The translations under genes were made by a program, and so were the position numbers. The notes under the pieces are model-generated. The model saw only the letters and a program-made list of their open reading frames with translations. It was not told the DNA's origin and did not search any database. DNA of 64,000 bases from Eledone cirrhosa. Its lineage: Eukaryota. Location of the stretch: positions 30,690,001 through 30,754,000 of the forward strand of contig OZ024745.1 of NCBI GenBank assembly GCA_964016885.1, read 5' to 3'. Positions 1 to 14,330 of this stretch are shown here, piece by piece (positions within the stretch are counted from its first letter, which is position 1; each line of letters begins with the position of its first letter).

Positions 1-119
1 TATATATACATATATATATACATATTTATATACATATATATATACATATATATATACATATATATATACATATATATATACACATATATATACACATATA
101 TATACACATATATATATAC

Positions 120-150
<31 letters not shown>

Positions 151-185
151 AATACACATATATATACATATATATATACATATAT

Positions 186-242
186 ATGATGGCTGGCCCC
201 TCGTTATCGAGTATGGCCATTGCACGAGAAGAAAAAAAAAAT

Positions 243-276
<34 letters not shown>

Positions 277-290
277 AAAAAAAAAAAAGA

Positions 291-334
<44 letters not shown>

Positions 335-385
335 CATACATATATACATACACACATACATACACACACACATATACACACACAT

Positions 386-421
<36 letters not shown>

Positions 422-2290
422 GCAATAATAATAATAACGACAACAACAATAATAATATACATATTCATATATATACACACACACACATAAGCCTATCTAC
501 ACACACACACACACACGATAGCAACTAACAGTGCTGCGATCGAATGTGGCTTTTTAGCCCAGCCAATGATCTAAAATGTCTTGCACAGAGTCGGCAACCA
601 AAATATTCACTGGGAATAGTCGGCTGTGGTTGGAGTTTGTGTACTTTTGCATGTCGCTTGAGCCCTCCTGCTGATTTACATTCTCTACCACATGTTTGGC
701 AAGCATGATGAGTAGCATCTCCAACAGCAGCCTGGTAGTCAACCACTGGTCTTACTTTATGACTGCGAAGATGACTTTCGAGTCCAGCTTTGCTTAGGCA
801 GAGTCTCGCACAGACGCTGCATGTCAGCACCATAGGAGGACCTTTGCCGTCTGGAAGTGCAACAGCAATGCCCTTCCTCACATCCCGCTTTACTTTCTCG
901 TGTGCGATTCGAGATGCCTCAAAGGCAATTTTCCCTCATATACAGTCTTTCTCCATTTATTACGATCAGCAGCAATATTTTCCCATGTATCAGCAGAGAT
1001 GTTAGCGTCTTTCAGAGAGGCTTTCAAGGAATCCTTATACCTCTTTTTTGGTTTATGTGGCGGTCGTTTTCCTTTAACCAACTCTCCATAGAAGAGTTGT
1101 TTTGGTATTCTAGAATCCTTCATCCTGGCAAGGTGACCACTCCAACGGAGTCGTTGCTTAAGCACAAGAGCTTCTATACTGTCACACATAGAGCTTTCCA
1201 AAATCTCGACATCACTGATGTGGTCCCTCCAGTGAACGCCATGGATCCGTCTGAGACACATCTGATGGAAACGCTCCAATTGCTTAGGTGGCGTCGATAT
1301 GTGACCCACGTCTCGCAGGCATAAAGAAGACAAGAGAGTACACATGCCCTGTACAACTTTACCTTTGTCCTCCTGCATATGTCTCGCCGACCCCAGAGTC
1401 GCCTTTCTAGCTTTCCAAAAGCATCACTTGCTTTCCTAATCCTAAGTGAGATTTCACTGTCAAGGTTGCCGTATCGATTGACAATGCTTCCCAGGTAGAC
1501 AAACTGATCAACCACTCCAAGTCGTTTGCCATACACATAGATGTTTGGTTCAGTGTACTGCTTACTAGGGGCAGGTTGGTACATGACGACGGTTTTCTTG
1601 AGACTGACAGTCAAACCCAGAGCAGTGCAAGCATCAGAAAATGCATTCAAAATGTGCTGCATATTACTCTCTGTGTGCGCTACAAGATCGCAATCATCTG
1701 CATACAAGAGGTCTCTTATGATTGATGTAAATACTTTTGTCTTCGCAGCAAAGCGCCTGATGTTAAATAAGCTGCCTGAGGTTCGATATCGTATGTAAAC
1801 ACCATGCTCGCAATTCCTGAATGCAATACAGAAAACCATTGCAAAGTATATGGCAAACAGGGTCGGTGCTGGAATATCCCCCCTGTTTCACTCCATTTTT
1901 TACTGAGATAGGCTCCGACATGTTACCTCCGACATTAGCCAAGCCTTCATGTCGTCATGGAAAGACCTAACTAAAGCAAGGAACTTATCAGGGCAACCAA
2001 GTTTCTGGAGAACCTTCCATAATGCATCTCTGTTGACAGTATCGAAAGCCTTTGTCAGATCGACAAAAACCTGATACAGATCCAAGCCTTGTTCAATGCA
2101 CTTCTCCTGGAGCTGTCTAGCTGAGAAGATCATATCAGTAGTGCCGCGTCCAGCACGAAACCCAGATTGACTTTCAGGAAGAACACAATCTGCAATGTGT
2201 GTCAGCAGACGGTCCAGAAGCACCCTACATAAAACTTTCCCTACGACAGAAAGCAATGATATACCTCTGTAGTTCCCACAATCATTCCTG
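186..2290 (-). mobile_element. RTE-clade LINE, 5'-truncated and frameshifted, with three C-terminal C2H2 zinc fingers
   Basis: RT motifs [36 protein letters not shown] across ORFs 1900-2547, 1174-1839 and 890-1378; fingers in ORF 525-881; probable 3' terminus at 186-230, separated by microsatellites. Confidence 0.9.
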
Positions 2291-2311
2291 TATATACATA
2301 TATATATATAC

Positions 2312-2386
<75 letters not shown>

Positions 2387-2387
2387 C

Positions 2388-2418
<31 letters not shown>

Positions 2419-2586
2419 CATACATATATACATACATATATACATACATATATACATACATATATACATACATATATACATACATATATACATACATATA
2501 TATATACATATATATATATACATATATATATACATATATATATACATACATATATATATACATACATATATACATACATATATACA

Positions 2587-3224
2587 TGGTGGCTGCCAAC
2601 TCGTTTTCGAGTACGGCCACTACTTTACATCCATGTAGGATAACCCCTACCGAAGCGCTGAACGAGTGTGACTTTTTAGTCCAGCCAGCGACTTGAAACC
2701 TCTGGTACAAACACTACACCTGTGACAATCATTGACACATAGTGCTAGGCCCATGGTAGGACAATTATTGACACATAGTGCTGGGCCCATGTGAGGACAA
2801 GTGCAGAGAGATCTCCAGATATAAAGCAATGCCTGTGCCGTGAAGCTTTTATAGTGAGCAAAGGCACTGCACAAAGCCAGTCCCACTCTCTTAACCAAGA
2901 TGCTATTTACCAAAAAGAAGAACAAGTCAACATCATTGGATACCATCAGGGTTGCAGGTGTTATATCAGAGTTTTCCTTCTCCTAGAATTCTGCCTTGAC
3001 TAAGGCTAAAGGGGTCATCTCTCCCGGTGATTTTGGATGGCCATTGACTCTTAAGAGCTCCTTTGCCCTTTGACAGGTTTTGTTTTTAGTCCTGCAGGAT
3101 GTCCAAAGTCACCCTCCTCACCAAGAAACCTTGGTGGGGTTGCCAGTTTAGTCGCCAACGACCCGACCATGAGACAGGTTGTACTGGGATACATGTTACC
3201 AGTAGCACCAACTGGTGACCTGAC
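2587..3224 (-). mobile_element. Short internally deleted RTE derivative (5'UTR joined to ZnF 3' end)
   Basis: 3' end encodes [17 protein letters not shown]; 5' part has the GGAGAAGGAAAACTCTGA motif typical of RTE 5'UTRs; a partial second copy lies at 9148-9412. Confidence 0.65.
3143..3224 (-). ncRNA. Candidate HDV-like ribozyme, 5'-truncated
   Basis: CAG-GUCACCAG-UUG (P3/L3), GUGCUAC (P1'), UGG, UAAC...GUUG (P4), CUAA, ACUGG (P2'); the P1 5' strand is missing. Confidence 0.4.
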
Positions 3225-3322
3225 ATATATACATACATACATATATACATACATATAGACATACATATATACATACATATATATATACATACATATATAC
3301 ATACATATATATATACATACAT

Positions 3323-3545
3323 ATCATCATCATCATCATCATCAACGTTTAACGTCCATGTTCCACGCTTGCATGGGTTTGGACGGGGGTTTTCCCACTT
3401 GAGGCAGGAGTGATTGTCTTGCTCGCATAGGACTATCTGGCAGGGTTTTCTACAGCTGGATGCCCTTCCTAACACCAACCACATTTACAGTGTGGGTCTG
3501 GGAGGTTTTTACCGTGTTGCCTACATGGCCACATTACAGCGTGGA
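3323..3545 (-). mobile_element. Non-autonomous retroelement/SINE tail sharing the RTE 3' end with a (GAT)n tail
   Basis: GGTTGGTGTTAGGAAGGGCATCC core; near-identical copies at 8701-9050 (with an internal duplication) and 60870-61035. Confidence 0.8.
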
Positions 3546-3612
3546 CATATATATATACATATATATATATATACATATATATATACATATATATATATAC
3601 ATATATATATAC

Positions 3613-3643
<31 letters not shown>

Positions 3644-3719
3644 CATATATCTATATATACATACATATATATACATATATATATATATACATATATATAT
3701 AACTTTGAATAACTTTGAA

Positions 3720-4467
3720 ATGTTTGGGCCAGTATTGGCCCAGGCCATGTCTAACTTAATAGCACCACCTGGCGAAGTCTTTCAATTCAGGATTTGGGCA
3801 CCATGGCCCATTCGAGAAGAGAATTACTGTTTGCGGAGACATATCCGGGTGTGGGTGGTTTGTCCGGGATTACTTGGAGGAATTTGTCCAAAGACGTCTT
3901 GAATTTTGTGTGGTCAGTTTCTGTTTTGACGTGTCCTGGTGTGATGTTGAAGAGAGCAGGGCCAATTGAGGTGAAATAATTGTGCCGTATTGTTGTTATG
4001 AGTTGCGATTTATATTTTTGTTTGGGACGGATAGCACGGGGCCCAAGCCTTGGGTGTATTTTGAAGGCGATGCCAACATCATTTGGGCAGTGATGATGGA
4101 ACATTTTCACATCATGCAGATAATATAACGCTCACGGCGACGTTGGAGTGAGTAAAGTTTCAGCTTTTCTAGTCAACCCCAGTAGTCAAGGTCTGACATG
4201 CCATCTATCTTTTTCGTGATTGCCCTTTGAGGAGCTTCAAGTTTCATGATACTTTGTTTTGTGTGGGGAGACCACAGTATTCAAGGTGTGGTCGGGCAAA
4301 AGTAGAGAAGAGAAGGATAATGGTGTGGGAATCTCTCGACTGGAAGGTTCAGAGGATCCAGGAACACATTCTGCGGGCCATGTCAACTTTGCTGCTTATA
4401 TGCGTGGCCCAGCTTATGTTGCTGTCCACGGTTACTCCCAAGTCTCTGATGTTGTTAGATGCCACGA
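3720..4467 (-). mobile_element. CR1/L2-group LINE 3' fragment
   Basis: [13 protein letters not shown]...RPHLEY...YSLQRRRER...[16 protein letters not shown] motifs, frameshifted. Confidence 0.8.
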
Positions 4468-5662
<1,195 letters not shown>

Positions 5663-7385
5663 TAAGTTGATGGACCAGGTCATGAAAGTAACAGAAAGAG
5701 TTATAGCACAGTTGATTAGGGACCGGGTGAATATAGACGAGATGCAATTTGGGTTTGTACCAGGGAGAGGCACCACTGATGCCCTCTTCCTTGTGAGGCA
5801 ATTACAGGAAAAGTACCTAGCTAAAAGTAAGCCACTCTACTTGGCATTTGTCGACCTTGAGAAAGCCTTTGACAGAGTTCCACGTGCAGTAATCTGGTGG
5901 GCTTTTAGAAAACTAGGAGTAGATGAATGGCTTGTGAAAGCGGTACAAGCCATGTATAGGGGAGCAGTCAGCAAAGTTAGGATTAGCAATGAGTATAGCG
6001 AGGAATTTAGCGTACAGGTTGGGGTCCACCAGGGCTCTGTTCTTAGCCCTCTCCTGTTCATCATAGTCCTGCAGGCAATAACGGAGGAGTTTAAGACCGG
6101 ATGCCCATGGGGACTCCTGTATGCTGATGACCTCGCACTCATAGCTGAATCTATGGTAGAACTAGAGAATAAATTCCAAACCTGGAAGCAGGGACTAGAG
6201 AGAAAGGGCCTCAAAGTCAACATGACAAAGACTAAGGTCCTTGTAAGTAGACGAGAAAACAGAACCCAGATCCCCTCAGGGAAATGGCCTTGCTCAGTAT
6301 GTAGGAAAGGTGTAGGTAGGAACTCCATTCTCTGTCCCAAATGCAAACAATGGGTACACAAGAGATGTAGCGGGATCTCAGGAAGCTTAATTAAGAATGT
6401 AGGATTCACATGCAGCAGCTGTGCTGAAACAGCAAGCAAACAGCCACAGGAAACAAGTACCACCAATCTCTGGGAGGGCCCTGTAGAAACAGTAGACAGC
6501 TTCTGCTACCTAGGTGACCGAATTAGCAACGGAGGTGGGTGCTCAGAAAGTACAATAACTAGGGTAAGAACGGGATGGAAGAAGTTTAGGGAACTACTAC
6601 CACTGCTAGCTGCAAAAGGCTTCTCCCTCAGAATGAAAGGCAGACTGTATGATGCGTGTATCCGAACAGCGATGTTGCATGGTAGTGAGACCTGGGCGCT
6701 GAAGGTGGAAGACTTACGTAGATTAGAGAGAAACGAAGCCTGCATGCTCCGATGGATGTGTAACAGTAATATACGTGAACGACAAAGCATAAAGGAATTG
6801 AGAGAGAGACTGAGCATAAGAGGAATCAAATGCTGCGTGCAGGAGAGGCGGTTACGCTGGTATGGACATGTGATGCGTATGAAGGATGACAGCTGCATAA
6901 AAAGGTGCAGAGCACTAGAAGTTGATGGAAACCGCGGAGTGGGGAGACCCAAGATGACTTGGGATGAGGTGATAAAAGCCGACCTTACCCAACTACACCT
7001 CTCAAAGACAATGACACACGACCGTGACTTCTGGCGTCACGCAGTAATACAGGGTACCCGACCTCCCATGGGTACATGCTGAAGCATATAAACAATATGC
7101 CCCCACTCCCTCCACCGCAAGGTGGTCGTGGAGGTGCCACGGCAAAAAAGCACCCAGCCCACACTGTAAAGTGGACGTGTAGGCGCCACGAAAAAGCACC
7201 CAGCACTCACTGTAAATGAGGTTGGTGTTAGGAAGGGCATCCAGCTGTAGAAATCAAGCCAGATCAGTTCCTGTATGAGCAAGGCATGGTCAGCAGACCA
7301 GACACTGCCCACAACAGGACAACCCGTCTAACCCATGCTAGCGTGGAAGAACGGACGTAAAACGGTGATGATGATGATGATGATG
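5663..7385 (+). mobile_element. RTE-clade LINE, 5'-truncated, uninterrupted RT ORF with an internal PHD-type finger and a (GAT)n tail
   Basis: [42 protein letters not shown]4HC3 insert, FCYLGD, RLRWYGH; stop at 7082. Confidence 0.95.
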
Positions 7386-7948
7386 ATATATATATACATA
7401 TATATATATACATATATATATACATATACATATATATATATATATATACATATATATATTCATATATATATTCATATATATATTCATATATATATTCATA
7501 TACATATATATACATATATATACATATATATACATATATATATACATATATATACATATATATACATATATATATACATATATATATACATATATATACA
7601 TATATATATACATATATATACATATATATACACATATATATACACATATATATACACATATATATACACATATATATACACATATATATACACATATATA
7701 TACACATATATATACACATATATATACACATATATATACACATATATATACACATATATATACATATATATATACACATATATATACATATATATACATA
7801 TATATATACACATATATATATACATATATATATACATATATATATACATATATATATACATACATATATACATATATATATACATATATATACATATATA
7901 TATACATATATATACACATATATATACATATATACATATATATATATA

Positions 7949-8620
7949 TGGAGAAAAATACTGCAGGTAGCACATGGATAACATGTAATAAAATGAGTCC
8001 CTCGTCAGTGATTTGCCGACGATCATAGATATTTCATTGCATTAAAAATCATATACCTCACGCCGGTGCAATAATAACTAAAATAAGTTATTAGGACAAT
8101 TAAAACGCGTAAAGCGAGTGAGACAGGAGAACAACAAAGAGTATAGCTAACCGTAGGGGAAAGAAACAAGCTTCATAATTATTCTGTTTAGCATAAGCTA
8201 AGTGAATATATGAGCGCTTTAGAAAAAAGACCTGACACGAACGAGGGCCATGTGAGAAGAGAGAAAAATATAGCTTTCGTCGTGTACAGGATGAAGCGAA
8301 GAGAGGAGAAACAGTGAGTGAGTGAAAGTGTGAGGAAGAGCTAACTGACATGACAGAGGGGGCGAAAGAAAGTAGGAGAAACAGAGAGAATGGGGGAACA
8401 GTAAGAGAGAGAGAGAAAAACACAGAATCGCAGTTTGGGTAAATATATGTAATAAAATATGGAGAAAAATACTGCAGGTAGCGCATGGATAACATGTAAT
8501 AAAATGAGTCCCTCATCAGTGATTTGCCGACGATCATAGATATTTCATTGCATTAAAAATCATATACCTCACGTCGGTGCAATAATAACTAAAATAAGTT
8601 ATTAGGACAATTAAAACGCG
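7949..8620. repeat. About 160-bp direct repeats (7949-8110 and 8460-8620) around a purine-rich spacer, embedded in TA arrays
   Basis: The two copies differ by only a few substitutions. Confidence 0.85.
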
Positions 8621-8631
8621 TATATATATAC

Positions 8632-8680
<49 letters not shown>

Positions 8681-8700
8681 CACATATATATATATATACA

Positions 8701-8732
<32 letters not shown>

Positions 8733-9061
8733 GGTTTAGCGTCCGTGTTCCACGCTTGCATGGGTTTGGACGGGGGTTTTCCCACTTGAGGCAAGAGTGG
8801 TTGTCTTGCTCGCATAGGACTGTCTGGCGGGTTTTCTACAGTTGGATGCCCTTCCTAACACCAACCACATTTACAGTGTGGGGCTGGGAGGTTTTTACCG
8901 TGTTGCCTACACGGCCACATTACAGCGTGGACTGTCTGGCGGGTTTTCTGCAGCTGGATGCCCTTCCTAACACCAACCACATTTACAGTGTGGGGCTGGG
9001 AGGTTTTTACCGTGTTGCCTACACGGCCACATTTACAGCGTGGACTGTGTGTTTACACACA

Positions 9062-9097
<36 letters not shown>

Positions 9098-9114
9098 CAT
9101 ATATACATACATAC

Positions 9115-9148
<34 letters not shown>

Positions 9149-9613
9149 GGTGACTACCAACTCGTTTTCGAGTACGGCCACTACTTTATATCCATGTAGG
9201 AGAACCCCTTCCGGTGCACTGAACAAGTGTGACTTTTTAGTCCAGCCATCGACTTGAAAACTCTGCTACAAACACTACACTTGTGACAATTATTGACACA
9301 TAGTGCTGGGCCCATGGTACCATGTGACGACAAGTGCAGAGAGATCTCCAGATATAAAGCAATGCCTGTGCCGTGAAGCTTTTATAGTGCGCAAAGGCAC
9401 TGCACAAAGCCAGTATATATATGTAGTGACCTACATTCCGCGGGCTCACATACATTCTCTATGCGTGATTTGGCTCAGTTCAGCCAATCAGCGCCAGTAG
9501 AAGAGGATGTATCCCTATGCGCCCTGAGGAAGAAATTCCCCGCGAAGATTTGAAGAATCTCTCTCTTGTACCGGAAACTTCAAGCCAGCAACACGCATAA
9601 TGTACATATATAT

Positions 9614-9644
<31 letters not shown>

Positions 9645-9675
9645 TACATACATATATATATATGTACATACATAT

Positions 9676-9778
<103 letters not shown>

Positions 9779-9832
9779 AAATAAAATATATAAGTCAAAT
9801 ATTTAAAATTTGGCTTCGTTTATTAAAGGTGT

Positions 9833-9887
9833 ACTGCTATATATATTTCGGTGACAGCCATCTTTGGCTGTGACCTCTTCAGTCAGT
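9833..9887 (-). ncRNA. Type I minimal hammerhead motif, degenerate copy of the 20451 family
   Basis: CUGAAGA, stem II with one mismatch, GAAA-UAUAU-AUA, GCAGU; the closing pair of stem I is mutated. Confidence 0.6.
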
Positions 9888-10299
9888 TCGAATTGGTGTT
9901 GTAGAGACGGGTACATATGTTGTCGAGGTGTTTAACTCCGTCAATACTCCGATATGCCCAGTTCCTGGTTGGGTTGTTATTTCTCTGAGGAACTGGAATC
10001 ATATGAATTCGAACAAACGAATTTCGGCGTCAAAGGAAACTCTCTCCTCCCATTGGTCAGTTGTGAGAACGTTCCTCAGTCAAAATTCTATAGAAATTTT
10101 TTCTGAGGCAAGGCAATCTGTTGTGGTTGTTTTTGTTAAGTACAGCTGACCTCCTCTCTTATGTTGGTGTTGGTGTTGGGGTCAGCTTTATTTCGGCTGC
10201 TGCTATTTTTAGAAGAATTTGTGTGTGTGTGTTGGCATCTATCCTGCCACCATTTCATATATATACATACATATATATATATATATATACACATACATA

Positions 10300-10855
10300 C
10301 ATGTTCGATATGCAGAAAAGGAACTGTCATAAATTCTATAAAATGCACACCATGCAGATCTTGGGAACACAAGAGATGTAGTGGGATAGCAGGCAAACTA
10401 ACAGGTAGGGAGAAATACGTATGCAGATGTACAGGGAAATTTGACAGTAGAAGTCACATTGATAGACACATTTTTCAAATGCAGATTGGTTCTGTAGAAG
10501 TGGTTGATAGCTTCCGGTACCTAGGTGATCAGATTAGCATGGGGGGAGGGGGTTTCCGAGGCCATAGTATCTAGAATAAGGATGGGTTGGAAGAAGTTTA
10601 TGGACCTGCTTCCACTGCTGACGAAGAAGGGTTTCTCCCTGCGGCGTACGAAAGGCCGGTTATATGATGCCTGTGTGAGGAGCGCGATGCTGCATGGTAG
10701 TGAGACATGGGCAGCAACTGCAGAGGATATGCGATGGCTGGAGTGAAATGAAGCAAGCATGCTCTGTTGGATGTGCAGTGTGCATGAACAACCGAGCATA
10801 GATGAGTTAAGAGAGAAACTGTGTATAAGAGGGATAAGTTGTAGTGCGCGGGAGA
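10300..10855 (+). mobile_element. Degenerate RTE (PHD family) fragment
   Basis: CSICRKG...HKRCSG...FRYLGD...MLHGSETW with stops and frameshifts. Confidence 0.85.
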
Positions 10856-11113
10856 GATATACATCATACACACACATATACACACACTCATACATACACC
10901 CACACCCACACATATATATATGTATATATATTTATATATATATATATATATATATACATACATTTACAAAGAGAGAGTGAGAGAAGTGAGAGTGAGAGTA
11001 AGAAAGGGAGGGAGAGAGAGAGAGAGAGAAACAGAGGGCATGACAGAGAGAGGGAGAGAGAAAATATGCAGAGAGGGAGATACAGAAAAATAGAGAGATA
11101 TGTTTTACTTTAC

Positions 11114-11171
11114 CTGTATCTTCTGCAGGAGGACTCACAGGTGTGATGAAATCATCAACGACAAGCATCAT
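11114..11171 (-). CDS. Host gene exon 17 (MMLVVDDFITPVSPPAEDT); next exon not located
   Basis: ttctag acceptor, G|gtaaag donor, 58 nt, phase 0-1. Confidence 0.65.
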
Positions 11172-11289
11172 CTAGAATATAGAGAGGTGAAGAGTTAGAA
11201 CTTCTATAGGAAAGTATGAAGGTCATCTCATCAGTGATATCGAAATAGGAGTGAAGGAAGGAGACACATCGCATACACACACTAGGCCA

Positions 11290-11820
11290 ATATTGGGATC
11301 AAGACTGTCCCTCATCCTCCCTACAGCCCAGACATAGCCACATGTGTCTTCTGGGTATACCCAAAGCTGAAGGAGAAGCTCAATGGTATCCACTTTGAGG
11401 ATGTGGAGAAGATGAAGGAGGTTGTAACAAGTACCCTGGACACCTTCAATTTGGAGGACTACAAGAGGGTCTTCCAGAAGTGGCTGGAGCACTACAACAA
11501 GTACATTAACCCTTTAGCATTCACATTTCTCTATATATACTATTATATTTTCATGGTAAAGGCTTTACCTCGCATAATATCGAATCTATGAGATTTTGAA
11601 AGTATTTATTTTGAGAACAATACCTTAACATCAGTTTGAGCGACCAGTTACAGCCAGTTTCAACAGAAAGAGGTAGAGAATTCTGGCCAGTTTTGGCCGG
11701 TTTGAACATTAAAGGGTTAAAGTTGGAGGATTCTACTTTGAAGGAGACTTGAGTTTTGTTTTTATCTGAGTTAAATAAATGTCTCTGATAAAAGTCTTAA
11801 AACCTTTTGAGTGTACCTCG
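11290..11820 (+). mobile_element. mariner transposase 3' remnant
   Basis: HPPYSPDIA..FWVYPKLKEKLNG..FQKWLEHYNKYI, resuming as GG.YFEGD after an insertion; ends ...CCTCG-TA. Confidence 0.8.
11510..11716. mobile_element. piggyBac-type MITE nested in the mariner remnant
   Basis: TTAA duplication on both sides; TIRs CCCTTTA...TTCA. Confidence 0.75.
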
Positions 11821-12137
11821 TATAATATGAATACGATACATTATATGCACTATATATATACATTACATATATATTATATATACCATATATGATGTTCTCC
11901 AAAGATGAAAAATACTAAAACAGCCTGACATCAGTATCATCACAACTCATTTTTATCAGCTGTGTGGACTAGAGAAATGTAAATTAAAGTGTCTTGCCCA
12001 AGGATTTAACACACTACCCAGTTCAGGAATCGAGCTCATAACCTCACAATTATTCTAACCCTTAAGCGATATGCCTGCACAAACTGATGATAACAGTCAC
12101 TGTATTACATAAATGAGTGGGATTTAAATCTGTTTAC

Positions 12138-12265
12138 CGGTTGCTCTGACCATAATTCTGGATCTGAAGGATGAAGTGAATAGTCTGATTGTTCTGTTTC
12201 TCGAATTTCATGAGCTGACAGAACTGTTTGCACATATTCCTCCTCATCATAATATTTCTTGTGAC
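12138..12265 (-). CDS. Host gene exon 16 (HKKYYDEEEYVQTVLSAHEIRE...WSEQP)
   Basis: gacag acceptor, CCG|gtaaac donor, 128 nt, phase 1-0. Could alternatively read through to the stop at 12105. Confidence 0.7.
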
Positions 12266-12329
12266 CTGTCATAAAACAACAATATTTACTAATCATCTCT
12301 ATCATATTATTTTTTATTTGCTTTCCCAT

Positions 12330-13320
12330 ACATGTATAGGTTGGATGGGCCCTCTGAAGCACTGTCAGTCTCCACTCATTGCATTCCTTTATCATCATCC
12401 CTTCCGCGAGGTTCAACTTTTTGAGATTGGCACTCACCACTTCTGCCCAGGTCTTCCATGATCTACTACAGCTTCTTTCCACAGGCATCTTTTTACTTTG
12501 TGTTCTTCAGCCATACTCATCACATGTCCACACCTCTCTCTTACACACTACATCTGATTCTTCTCAATTTCATTTTTTTTTTTTTTCAGTTCATCCACAC
12601 CCTATCATTCATGCAAACCAACTTTGCACATTTAATGGGGCATTCTTACTTCAATTTTCTCCAACCACCACATATCCCTTGCCTTTAACATACATGTTTC
12701 ATGACCTTGCAATATCACACTTCTCCCAGAGGCATCATACAGTCTACTCTTCACTCAGAGAATTTCTCTTTGTTGTCAACAAAGGTAGTGGTTCCTTGAT
12801 TTTTCTTTACATAAAAGTAAAATTTATAGTAGCTAGCATAAAAACAGGATGGAAAAAAGTTCAAGCAGCTACTACTACTGTTTACAACAAAGCCATTTTC
12901 TGTTGAATTCTTGTGAAGTGCAATGCTGCATGGTAGTAAGACATGGTCAATGAATGCATGGACTGAGGGTAAATGAACTAAACATGCTTCTTTAGATGTG
13001 TAATGTTAATGTGAATCAAAGGCGAAACATGGAAGAGCTTAGAGAAAAAAATAAGTTTAAAAAGAATTAAATGTTGTGTGCAGATTAGATGATGACTATT
13101 GGGGCAAGAAGTGCCAAGAAATTCCAATGGAAGGAAGCTGTGGAAGAGGAAAACCAAGGAAAAATTTGGCTGAAGTGGTGCAAACTGATCTCAAATTACT
13201 GAACCTTACAGAGGAAATGTCAACAAAGGAATGCAATAGATATAGGAAGGCAGTGCTAAAAAAATGCATCCAACCCATGTAAGCATGGAAAGACAAATGT
13301 AAAATGATGATAATGATTTA
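12330..13320. mobile_element. Two decayed RTE 3' fragments in opposite orientation
   Basis: KTGWKK and GRGKPRK..EVV..DLK motifs on + (12830-13320) and - (12330-12800). Confidence 0.65.
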
Positions 13321-13669
13321 CTTAGAGACCTCAGGAAAATACTTCTTTATTGTATCCTCGACTGAACATTTTGTCAAGTGAACATATATATCTGCCTTTC
13401 CACACGATCACTTCCAACAACTTCTGCTACCTACTTCCCTTTCTCTCTCAGCTGCTCCCATCCTTGAGCAACTCAAATCTCTTCCTCCCACTTAATGTCT
13501 TTCTCTCCACTCTGCTGAAAACACAACAAATGCCCTAATGTTGGTGCTCCCATAAAATTTACCCATTATATCCTGTAAAGGGATAGTGCTGGTGCCATGA
13601 TTGAAATACACCCAGTACACTCTCTAAAGTGGTAGGCTGGTGCCATGATTAAATGCACCCAATACACTG

Positions 13670-14330
13670 ATTAAAGGACTGCTGAGGGCCAGAGGTGTGT
13701 TTTCAATGCTTAGATAAGGTGACACTAATTAACAGACTATTGAGGGCCAGAGGTGTGTTTTCACAACTCAGCTAAGTTGACATTGACTAACAGATTGCTG
13801 AGGGCCAGAGGTGTATTTTCACTACTCAGTTAAGGTGACACTGACTAAAGGATTGATGATTGGTGAATACCATAGGTGTGTTTTCAGATGACATTGACTA
13901 ATATACACTTGAGAGGCAGATGTGTGTTTCACTGGTTAGCTAAGGTGACACTGACAAGCAATCTGCTGAGGGCCAAAGATGTGTTTTCACTACTCAGCTT
14001 CATGACACTGATGCCTAGACTCTTGAGGGTCAGAGTTATGTTTTCACTGCTCAGCTAAGGTGACACTGACTAACTGACTGCTGAGGGCCAGAGGTGTTTC
14101 ACAACTCAGAAAAGGTGACACTAACTAACTGACTGCTGAGTCAAAGGTGTGTTTCACTAGTCAGGTGACACTGTCTAACAGATTACTGACTGCTGAAGAC
14201 CAGGGGTGTATTTTCGCTGCTCAACTATGTTGATACTGACTAAAAAACTGCCGAAGGCCAGATGTCTGCGTTTTCACTGTCTGACTAAGGGGACACTGAT
14301 TAATAGACTGTTGTCTGCTGAAGGCCAAGT
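13670..14330. repeat. Diverged minisatellite of about 60 bp
   Basis: Recurrent ctgctgagggccagaggtgtgttttcac...taaggtgacactgactaa. Confidence 0.85.
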
